Positions 43,078 through 53,114 of a stretch of DNA of 64,000 nt are shown piece by piece (the stretch's first letter is position 1; every line of letters starts with the position of its first letter). Origin of the DNA: Eledone cirrhosa (lineage: Eukaryota); NCBI GenBank assembly GCA_964016885.1, contig OZ024742.1:55490001-55554000 (forward strand), given 5' to 3'. Made by a program: the position numbers and the translations under genes. The notes beneath the pieces were generated by a model. It saw nothing but the letters and a program-made list of their open reading frames with translations. It was not told where the DNA came from and did no database searches.

Positions 43078-45069
43078 AAAATAATATAAATATAAAAAAA
43101 AATATCAATTTCGTGAATAAATCGGGGGAAAAAATTAGAACTAAATCTATTATTTGGTATGCCCCGCCAGCATCTTTAGCTATTAAAACACCCTTAGCAC
43201 AATTATTTTTAAAGCATTAGATAAATGCTTCCCTAGAACACATAAATACTACTCTATCTTCACTAGACACACAGTTAGACTAACTTACTCAACAACTATG
43301 CAAATATTGCAACAAATATTGCAAAAATAAATAGCAGCATTCTTAGTTCTAACCAACAGATAATTAGCGAGAATGACAATATTAATAATAATAATACTAT
43401 AGTTACAGAGAATAACAATAACATTAATTTAAGCACTTACAGTAGAACATATATAAATATTAGCAACGATAATGCGAACAGTTTAGATCATAGAAATAAC
43501 ATGAAATCGAACTGTAACTGTAGAAGAAAATCTGAATGCCCTTTGCAAAAAAAAACTGCCTTGATAAGAATTTAGTATATAAATGTACCATTAAAACAAA
43601 TAATAATATTACCTATAACTACATAGGTGCAACTTCATTGAACTTTAAACTGAGATTTTCCAATCATAAACATTCTTTTTCTAATCCGGATAAGAAATTG
43701 TCTACTTCTTTATCACAATTAATATGGTCTTTAAAAGAGAAAAATATAAAATACTCAATCTTTTGAACTAAACTTAGAAACTGTGAAGTTTATTGGAATA
43801 ATTCCATTTCACCTAACTGCAATCTTTGCAATACTGAGACTCTATTAATAATTGCTAATTATGGTAATTTAATTAATAAAAAAAGTGAATTATTCTCAAA
43901 TTGCCTCCATAAATCTGCAACACCATTTCAAGCATCATATAAAATTAGGAAAAAACATTGACTGAGAGAGAAAAGATATTGACTCTTATTAATCATTCTT
44001 GTAATGCTTCTATTATTGCTATTATTGCTGCTATTATTGATATTGTGTAGGAAATGCATACCTGTTGTTTAAAAGAGTATGATAATCTCTTGATTCGTTA
44101 AATACCTTTAGTTTCGATTTAGAAACCTCTTTGTAAATCCTGTATTTTATGAATTTGGGATCTGTATTATCTTCAGACTTTTAAACCGTTTAATTTAATT
44201 TAAACGTTTAGATAGGTCGTGCGAAGATATTGTTTACATTTATCGTGTATAAGTTTTGTTTATCTAAATTGATTAATAATCTGTATTTAACTTGATTTAC
44301 AGTAACATTTGGTTGAATCGAAATATTAATACTCTCAAGTGTAAATATACCTAATAATTAATCCTATATGTAATTGACAAATATCGATTTAAATAGTATT
44401 GTTTATATAAAATGCTTATACATATGCTAATATCTAAGTAAGTTAAGTTTAATAATATCATATTTACTATATTTGTAAGCACCATTGTTAGTTAATAATA
44501 TTTTGAATTTTGAATTTTATGACTAAATTATTGATTGTATTTACTAATTTAAATTTGCTGCAGATTATCTTGAGAAAATATGTTATATTATCTTATATCA
44601 CTTTATACTGTTTTAATTTTAATATAATATATTAGTATAATTTCTTTCAAATATTATTTCATGGTAACTTAATATTTGAAAAGAAACGCATCATATACCT
44701 CTATTCTCCTTATGTAATTATTTTATACCATCTATATCTCCCTTTCTACGTTTTTATCTTCATCTCTCTATATTTTCCTTTTCTCTTCTATTTAGCTCTC
44801 TCTCTCATTTGTTTTTTTCTCTAATAAGGATATTTACATATTTAATTTTTAAATATTTAACAGTTATGTACTGATGTGGGTATGTATTTTACTTATCTGT
44901 ATATGTAGTTATTTTTTTTTTCTACACATTTTCCTACGTACCCTCTCAATTATATGTAGTTTGTCATGTTACTGCTTATGGTATATAAATATTGAGTTTT
45001 GTCATAACTAATCACTGCCAAGACTGGAATTGAACCATCAGAACAGTTGAGGTATGTCAGACATCAATT

Positions 45070-45135
45070 TATTTTATCTGATGAGGACGTACTGAGGAAA
45101 CAGCACAGTACCTCTGAAATATATATAATAAAATA
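45070..45135 (+). ncRNA. Type I hammerhead ribozyme
   Basis: Stem I UAUUUUAU/AUAAAAUA, CUGAUGA, stem II GUACUG/CAGUAC, GAAA, palindromic stem III UAUAUA, AUA cleavage triplet. Confidence 0.85.
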
Positions 45136-45208
45136 TATTTGATCATATGAATGTCCATATTTATTAATATTTTGAATTAATATTTTAATATATATATATA
45201 TATATATA

Positions 45209-46125
45209 TTAGAAATTAGAGATTATAGGCTTTCACCGTATTTTAGACTAAAGAAATGTCTAGCCTGATAGTGGGGTTTATTACACTCGGAGAAATGGAA
45301 AAAGATGAGTGTTGCCGTACATGGGAGTCGAAGCCACACCTTTGATTACCCAGACCACTGTGCTACCATTACACCAATACACATCCCGTCTCCTTCCATT
45401 CGAATTAGAAGCTATGAACTTAGCAAGTGAATGATAAACAAGCAAATTATAAATGTAAACATGTAAGTAAGTTTTTGAAACGGTGCGCGAGTTTGAAAAT
45501 TAGAAATTAGAAATTATAAGCTTTCACCGTATTTTAGTCTAAAGAAATCTCTAGCCTGATAGTGGGGTTCATAGCTTCTAATTCGAATGGAAGGAGACGG
45601 GATGTGTATTGGTGTAATGGTAGCACAGTGGTCCGGATAACGAAAGATGTGGGTTCGACTCCCATGTACGGCAACACTCATCTTTTTCCATTTCTCCGAG
45701 GGTTATAAACCCCACTATCAGGCTAGAAATTTCTTTAGTCTAAAATACGGTGAAAGCATATAATTTCTAATTTTCAAACTCGCGCACCGTTTCAAAAACA
45801 TACTTACATGTTTACATTTATAATTTGCTTGTTTATCATTCACTTGCTAAGTTCATAGCTTCTAATTCGAATGGAAGGAGACGGGATGTGTATTGGTGTA
45901 ATAGTAGCACAGTGGTCTGGATAACGAAAGATGTAGGTTCGACTCCCATGTACGGCAACACTCATCTTTTTCCATTTCTCCGAGGGTTATAAACCCCATT
46001 ATCAGGCTAGAAATGTCTTTAGTCTAAAATACGGTGAAAGCTTATAATTTCTAATTTCTAATTTTCAAACTCGCGCACCGTTTCAAAAACATACTTACAT
46101 GTTTACATTTATAATTTGCTTGTTT
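45209..46125. mobile_element. Tandem + inverted array of a ~284-291 bp unit with a tRNA-derived segment
   Basis: Minus arm 45209-45569 (~1.25 units) is joined via GTT microhomology to plus arm 45567-46125 (~1.9 units). TA flanks. Confidence 0.92.
45603..45673 (+). pseudogene. tRNA-derived segment (further copies 45887-45957 + and 45313-45383 -)
   Basis: A box TGGTGTAATGG, D-arm GTG/CAC, T-arm GTGGG-TTCGACT-CCCAT (B box). The anticodon and acceptor stems are imperfect and vary between copies. Confidence 0.8.
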
Positions 46126-46649
46126 ATATATATATATATATATAAATGAAGGGTATAAAAAACACTGCAGCGAAAAGCGAACAGCATTCCATAATATATA
46201 AGTGACTATAGCGTCAAAATGGGAAAAATAGTTAACGTAAGATGTGTGAAAAATAATTTAAACTCATCTCAAAAAGAATCAGGATATAAATTCATCCACA
46301 GAATTTAGTGAAATCCAGGGAAAAATCAATAGAGCCTTAACTCATGATAAAATAAAGTTCAAAATACTTATACTTCAATTTGGAAAAACTTCAAATGCTC
46401 TGTATAGTCTTAAAGACTATTTCATGAAAACTTTCAGTGGAGATAGTCACGGTTGGAGTTCATCATCAGCAGAGCTTAACTCGATAACCAGGATATATCA
46501 ACTCGATAAACATATATATATATATATATGTATGTATGTGTGTACACACATATATATATATATATATATATATTAAAATAACAGATTAAAGTTTAAGCAA
46601 AGAATCACTGCTTTCACAATTAATGGGATCTTCTGAAACTTATGATAGC

Positions 46650-46990
46650 ATTGGCAGCATCGGTAGGGGGTAGGACGCCATGCTTTGTGGCATGGAGTTA
46701 CGTCCCTTTATGATCTGAGTTCAAATTCCCTCGAGGTTAACTTTGCCTTTCATCCCTACGGGGTCGATAAAATAAAGTAACAGTCTCACACTGGGGAAAA
46801 AAGCGCGGTGGATTGGCAGTACCTTTAGAGGGTCAGACGCCATGCTTTGCAGCAAACAGTTATGGCCCTTTCTCGTCTGAGTTCAAAGCCCACTGAAGTT
46901 AACTTTCATCCTGACGCGGTTGTTAAAATAAAGCACCAGTAATACACTGGGATAGTAGCTTGCCTTGAGCCAAAAGTAGAAACAATTATT
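46650..46990 (+). mobile_element. Two tandem SINE copies (46650-46795; 46810-46990)
   Basis: Both match the SINE head and core. Confidence 0.87.
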
Positions 46991-47009
46991 ACTATATATA
47001 TATATATAT

Positions 47010-48060
47010 GTAGGAGGTGAGTTTTATTGTAGTACAATAAAGCAATGCAGATATCGGATAAGAAGCACTCTACAGTTTGTAGGACTGGAGTATACATTAT
47101 ATATAAGATCAAAAGATGGTTAAAATAGTTCCATGTATTTTATTATGCGCAATTCAAAAACAAACATCATCATGTAATAATATTTGTGTTTTCATCAGAT
47201 AAAATAGGAAGACATGATATGAAGGTTAAAAAACACTTGTGAATAGTGCAGTTTTAAATCAACATATGAAAAGTAGTTTTAGATTGATGTGTGATATTGG
47301 CAAAAAAAAATGTTGAGGGGGGGGGGGGTCGAAAGGATAAAAAAGAGGAGGAGATGAGAGTAAAAAGTGGAGGGGAGGAGTATAATGAGGAAGGATGAGA
47401 TAGGAGGAGAGATGGGTGATAGAGAGAGAGAGATAGCTTTTATAACTGAGAAAAATATATTGTTTTACATAGAGAGGTTGAAAAACCGTTGGAAGATAAT
47501 GTATAAATTAAAAGAATTTGAAAATTAACGAAGAGAAAAATAATGTAAAGTTAAGGTTTGTATATTGAAGGGTTTAATAATATGTGCGATGAAAAGAAAA
47601 TGTTAATATGTATTAAGAATAATATTTAAGGGTTTAATAACATGTGCGATGGAAAGAAAATGATGATATGTAGTATTAAAAAAACAAAAGTAATGTAAGT
47701 AAGGATATATTGTGAGATGAGCATGAATAAGTTAGATGAAAGGGAGAAAAAATAATGAATTGAGGATCAATAATCTAACGTCAAAAAAATGTGTTTATGT
47801 TTACGAAGGATTTTTTCAAGGTGATATAAGGTAAGAATATATTGTATTGTGTAATAATTGTTTTTATGTTAGGCACAGTGAGAAAAGGTACAGATTAGGG
47901 GTTAGAAATTAAAAGAAAAAGAAAAAGAAAAGAAAGGGGAAAGGAAGAAAGGGAAGTGATAAATAGGAGTGATATAGAATGAGTAACAAGTATTATATAA
48001 TGTATAATAAATAACTTTGAAATAAGGTAGAAAGATGGGTATATTTTTAAAGAAGTATAT
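47010..48060 (-). mobile_element. Inverted 3' UTR/tail arm of a related Naiad PLE
   Basis: Minus-strand UAUUUUAU-CUGAUGA HHR remnant at ~47135-47207. Tail motif ACTCCA..TGTAGAGTGCTT at 47063-47093. Pyrimidine-rich UTR on the minus strand. Confidence 0.6.
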
Positions 48061-48528
48061 ATATATATATGTGTGCCTTTGAGAAAAGGATTCTAAATTG
48101 ATAAAGTATTGGATATTAGCTGTATACTTTATGGAATGTTCTGTGGAATTTATGCACGCTGGTCATTGAAGGCTATTAGGTAATTTAACAACGTTTTTAA
48201 GAACTCAATTGGATATTAAAAAAATAATAAATATGTGTACTACTATCTATACATACATATAGGTTTTTTCTCAGGCAAAAATATCAGACATGAGATACAG
48301 GAAAATGCAATCAATATTTCATATAAAGAAGAAATAAAGAAAGTCATAGCTAAATATCTGGAACTTTCTTATCTGGCCATGCAAGCGTATAATATTTAAT
48401 ATATTAACAGAGAAAGCTTTAAGCGATACTCTGACCCACTCCATCTCAGTCATCAAACATTAGGATATACCTAAGTATAATCCCAATTAAGTGTTTAGGG
48501 TGGCAATTATATAATTAAATAAATTATA

Positions 48529-48571
<43 letters not shown>

Positions 48572-48918
48572 ATGTACCATTGATACATTTACTCAACTGA
48601 CCTCCCACTACCTAATTTTCTATATATATATGTATCTATCTCTATTTCCTCTCTCTCTATATATATATATCCCTTTCTGTTTCTTTACATGAAGCTCTTC
48701 TCCTTATCTATCTCTCCATCTCTCTACTTTGTTCCATGCATTTCTTCTTTTACTTCCTTTTTTTCTTCCTTTTCTTCGTTTTCTGTCTTTCTTTCTTCTT
48801 TCTCTCTTTCTTTTTCTCTCTGTGTAAAATTTTTTCACTGCCAGCTCAACCTCTCCAAATGCAAGTCGGTGTTGTTACGGTATGTCGAATCTATTTGTCT
48901 ATAAAACTGTTTATATTG

Positions 48919-48984
48919 TATTTTGTCTGAGGAAGGCATAGCATATTGTTAATATGATATCCCCGAAATATATATAATGAAATA
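48919..48984 (+). ncRNA. Hammerhead ribozyme in 5' pLTR
   Basis: Stem I UAUUUUGU/AUGAAAUA, CUGAGGA, stem II CAUAUU/AAUAUG, GAAA-UAUAUA-UA. Confidence 0.78.
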
Positions 48985-49163
48985 AATATGGTTTTATAAA
49001 TATAGTTTCCATTTATTTAATATTGTAAATATACTCCAAATATTTGTCGAGTGCTTTTATATCAGTTATAAATATTTACTAGTTGTAACCCAACAATTTT
49101 AAATATAACTTTCCATGTATCTTGCTCCAATACTGTTGAGCGCTTTATATTATAACTGGAAAA

Positions 49164-51392
49164 ATGGAATTCTTTAAGATTACTTCCTCTCTAAAAGACA
49201 TACCTCTACCTAGAAACAAAGACTTTATAAAACAATTAATAGATAAATCTGACTCTTTTATAAGGAGAATCAGGTGGCGTGCATTCCACTTTGATAAATC
49301 TAATGCAAACGAAAATGTCTCGGACTTCAACAAAGTTTTCAAATCTAAAAGAAATCCACCCCCTAACAAACTTTTATCTGACTTTGAAAACGATATAATT
49401 TCTATCATACAAGGGGTCAAATTCAAGAGAAACTTCAAAGGCCAGGAATATCTGAAAGGCATTAAGGATAACATTGAGAGCTTAGAGAAAACTGAGAAGA
49501 TCTTGGTGAAATCTGACAAGACCAACAACCTCTATGGAGTGCAGAAAGACATGTATAATGGCCTCATACTGAAAGAGCTGAGGAAAAAGTACAAGGTAGC
49601 AGATAAGGCCGAACTTGAGAAAATGAATGTCGAAGCATCTTGTATAATGCACGAGTTGGAAATTGAGAACAGAACACAACCTTTCGTGCCCAGGAAACCG
49701 AAGATCAATATGAAGGATCACAAGAGGAATTTTGAAAATGACCTGCCAGTTAGATTGATCGCACCATCAAAATCGGACCTGGGCAAATTAAGCAAAAACA
49801 TTCTTGACAGGGTGATACAGCAAATTAAGAACTTGGATTGTGTATCTAACCTGAGCTTGTGGAAGGGAACTGGAGAGGTTGTTGAGTGGTTTAAGCAAAT
49901 TAAATATAACAATAATAATAGGTTTATTCAACTTGATATAGCTAACTATTATTCTTCTATTACCCCTAGTCTACTAAATAAGGCACTAAATTACGCATTC
50001 AAACATACTGACCTAACTAGCAAAGAAATGCATATTATATTATCGGCTAGGAAAACTTTGATAGAATTTAATGACAAATTATGGACCAGAGCAGATAGAG
50101 ATAACAATTTTGACATAACTATGGGATCATCCGACTCAGCTCAGGTAACTGATCTTGTGGGCTTATTTTTAATCAATTCGCTACATAGGAAAATACCTGG
50201 TACTACCGGAGGTCTATATAGAGATGACATGCTTTTACTTATTAATAATAATAACCCTGAACTAAATAGAAAATGTAAACAAATTACAACATTTTTTAAT
50301 TACTTTAATCTTAAAATAGAAATTGAGAACAACCATAGAATAGTCAATTTCCTAGATATAACATTAAATCTCAACACATGTCTCCACTATCCTTTTCACA
50401 AGTTGAATGAAAACTTAAACTATGTCAACTTTAACTCTAACCACCCCAGATCTGTCAAAAACACTATTGTAAACTCTGTTCAAAAACGTATCTCTAGGAT
50501 CTCGTCGAATAGAAAGATTTTCGACGAAAAGGCCCAATACTATAATGAAGCATTAGCTAGAGCAGGATATGCTGATAAGATTGTGTACATAGATAATGAT
50601 AGACAAACTAAACAAAGTAACAACTTTTTTAATTACGGCAACAACCTTAACAACTATAATAGAAAGCATTACAATAATTCCAAAGGCCAAAAAAGAAATA
50701 GAACTAGGAACATAATTTGGTTTGCCCCCCCCCCCCCTTTCTCACTAAACATTAAAACCCACATCGCTAAACTATTTTTCAAAGCTCTTGATAATCGCTT
50801 CCCTAGAACACATAGGTATCACTTAATTTTCAATAGGCATACAATTAAATTAACCTACTCATCCACCAACAATTTAGCACAAAATATTAATAGAATAAAT
50901 AATAGGAACTTAAAACCTAGTGATAATAGCATAAATAATATACAAGTTAACAAATGTAACTGTAGAGATAGATCTAAATGTCCGTTAAATAACAACTGCT
51001 TAGTTAAAAATATAGTATACAATTGTAATGTTAATACTGACTCTAATTCTTTTAACTACGTCGGTTCCACATCGACAGAATTTAAACTTCGCTATAATAA
51101 CCACAAGAATTCTTTCACAGATCCAAGCAAAAAATCTTCAACGGCACTATCAGGCGTACTCTGGCAACTTAAGCTAGATAACGTTAGATATTCGACGGCT
51201 TGGAATATAGTCTCAAGAGGGATTCCTTTTAATTCATCCTCTGAGACATGTGACCTCTGCGCAGAGGAGATATTCTTTATATTCTTTATACTAAAATCTA
51301 AAAATTCCCTTAATCTACGGACAAATTTATTCAGTTGTTGCAAACATAGATTAAACTCAACGTTTAAATATAAATTTAAATTTAAAATGTAG
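49164..51392 (+). CDS. PLE reverse transcriptase + C-terminal GIY-YIG endonuclease (742 aa)
   Basis: SLKDIPLP N-terminus, KSDKT, FIQLDIANYYSSI, ITMGSSDSAQ, GLYRDD, VNFLDITL, SNHP, CNCRDRSKCPLNNNCL, IVY..YVGST..FKLRYNNH, CDLCAEE and LN.R...CCKH. Confidence 0.96.
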   Translation: MEFFKITSSLKDIPLPRNKDFIKQLIDKSDSFIRRIRWRAFHFDKSNANENVSDFNKVFKSKRNPPPNKLLSDFENDIISIIQGVKFKRNFKGQEYLKGIKDNIESLEKTEKILVKSDKTNNLYGVQKDMYNGLILKELRKKYKVADKAELEKMNVEASCIMHELEIENRTQPFVPRKPKINMKDHKRNFENDLPVRLIAPSKSDLGKLSKNILDRVIQQIKNLDCVSNLSLWKGTGEVVEWFKQIKYNNNNRFIQLDIANYYSSITPSLLNKALNYAFKHTDLTSKEMHIILSARKTLIEFNDKLWTRADRDNNFDITMGSSDSAQVTDLVGLFLINSLHRKIPGTTGGLYRDDMLLLINNNNPELNRKCKQITTFFNYFNLKIEIENNHRIVNFLDITLNLNTCLHYPFHKLNENLNYVNFNSNHPRSVKNTIVNSVQKRISRISSNRKIFDEKAQYYNEALARAGYADKIVYIDNDRQTKQSNNFFNYGNNLNNYNRKHYNNSKGQKRNRTRNIIWFAPPPPFSLNIKTHIAKLFFKALDNRFPRTHRYHLIFNRHTIKLTYSSTNNLAQNINRINNRNLKPSDNSINNIQVNKCNCRDRSKCPLNNNCLVKNIVYNCNVNTDSNSFNYVGSTSTEFKLRYNNHKNSFTDPSKKSSTALSGVLWQLKLDNVRYSTAWNIVSRGIPFNSSSETCDLCAEEIFFIFFILKSKNSLNLRTNLFSCCKHRLNSTFKYKFKFKM

Positions 51393-52757
51393 TATATTTA
51401 GTTTGTTTTATATTTATATGGGAAACTAGCCGATAAATCTTTGATTCCTTCTTTTTATTCTTTTTATTGTTTATTTTTATTTTATTTTTATTTAAACATT
51501 CCTCATGAAAAATTAAGCTACCCTAAAAGCTGATGCTCCAAATATTTTGAATAAACCTTACACTAGATAAACCTCTATATTAAATATAAGTACACATGTA
51601 GACCATTTTGGGCATCATAAACTTTTTGAAATGATCTTTGCTAGATGTGATTTGATGGATAATTTCTGGCTTTGTCTGTTTTTCGACTCTGATGCTTATA
51701 ATGAACGTGGCAATATATTGTCAACTAATTTTGAAGGGTTGATCTTTGTGGTTTATTTTTATTTTTTATTATTGTAGTATTTTCTAATATTTTTTATTTT
51801 TATTTTTATTTTTAATATCTTTAATATGTAAATTTTTTAATATGTAATATTTTTAATATGTAATATTCTTTCGTAATATTTTTATTTTTTTAGTTTTCTA
51901 TTTTATTATTACTTATTATTATTATTGTTATTTTTTATTTTTTTAGTTTTGTTTCTGATATATATTTTTATTAGTATATTGAAATCTGCTCTCTATTTCT
52001 GCTTGATAGATAATCTTGTAGAGTAAAGACAGGAATAATAATACACATATTTGTATACTCAAAGTTTTATACCACATTGAGAATGTTTTCCGTGAACTTA
52101 GAGTTTGCAGAGTTGATCATGTGGATTCACATGTTTGTAGCTATCACATAAACATATGAATTTTTAAAAAAAACTAAACATAAGATAATTAATTTTCACA
52201 CACTATGGATACTTGTCTCATTCAGGAATACTGATATTTACAATATAGTGGAAGTTTTATAAATACTAATACATTAAAACATAGGGTTTTTTACGCCTCG
52301 AATATATCTGGCTTTTTTTTTATTTTTTCTCTCGCTATTTTTTCTCTCTCTATATTCTTTCTCTCTCTATATATCTCCCTTACATTAATACTAGAGCTAA
52401 ATAAATAAATAAATAAATAAATAAATGTACCATTGATACATTTACTCAACTGACCTCCCACTACCTAATTTTCTATATATATATGTATCTATCTCTATTT
52501 CCTCTCTCTCTATATATATATATCCCTTTCTGTTTCTTTACATGAAGCTCTTCTCCTTATCTATCTCTCCATCTCTCTACTTTGTTCCATGCATTTCTTC
52601 TTTTTCTTCCTTTTCTTCGTTTTCTGTCTTTCTTTCTTCTTTCTCTCTTTCTTTCTCTCTGTGTAAAATTTTTTCACTGCCAGCTCAACCTCTCCAAATG
52701 CAAGTCGGTGTTGTTACGGTATGTCGAATCTATTTGTCTATAAAACTGTTTATATTG

Positions 52758-52823
52758 TATTTTGTCTGAGGAAGGCATAGCATATTGTTAATATGATATC
52801 CCCGAAATATATATAATGAAATA
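52758..52823 (+). ncRNA. Hammerhead ribozyme in 3' pLTR
   Basis: Identical to 48919-48984. Confidence 0.78.
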
Positions 52824-52855
52824 AATATGGTTTTATAAATATAGTTTCCATTTAT

Positions 52856-52897
<42 letters not shown>

Positions 52898-52898
<1 letters not shown>

Positions 52899-53088
52899 GG
52901 AGAACGTATGACCCCGACGGCAGAGCTCAACCCATTTCGACGGTTATTTCTGGACTGAAATAGCCGTCGAAACAGCTTGAGCTCTGTCGTCGGGGTCATA
53001 TTTTCTCCTATTACCCACTCTACTACGCTACGTATTGAGTACTCTGGTGCGTTATGGTCCATCTGGTTCCTTAACATAACTCCTCCGT
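52898..53088. mobile_element. Family C copy 3 (diverged subfamily)
   Basis: Same short-arm end, centre and tail as 35226-35417, in the opposite orientation. TA flanks. Confidence 0.85.
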
Positions 53089-53114
53089 ATATATATATAT
53101 ATATATATACACAC

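Larger units (their letters stand above)
41900..45190 (+). mobile_element. 5'-truncated decayed Naiad-type PLE (RT, linker, GIY-YIG, 3' UTR with HHR)
   Basis: IQMDIASYYSSI, ITMGSSDSAQITDL, GLYRDD, NFLDV, NCNCRRKSECPL and YIGATS. Frameshifts and stops. Ends in (TA)n. Confidence 0.92.
48545..52863 (+). mobile_element. Full-length Penelope-like retroelement (Naiad-type) with direct pseudo-LTRs
   Basis: Direct repeats ~48545-49024 and ~52398-52863 are nearly identical (one ~10-bp indel) and each has an HHR. Intact ORF between them. 3' end lies in (TA)n. Confidence 0.95.

Noticed and set aside
45260-45300. CTGATAGTGGGG...GAAA as a hammerhead in the tandem unit
   Set aside because: CUGAUAG violates the G8/A9 core, and no stem I/III pairing is evident.
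45603-45673. Functional tRNA gene
   Set aside because: The acceptor and anticodon stems are imperfect and the anticodon loop differs among the three copies. Treated as tRNA-derived.
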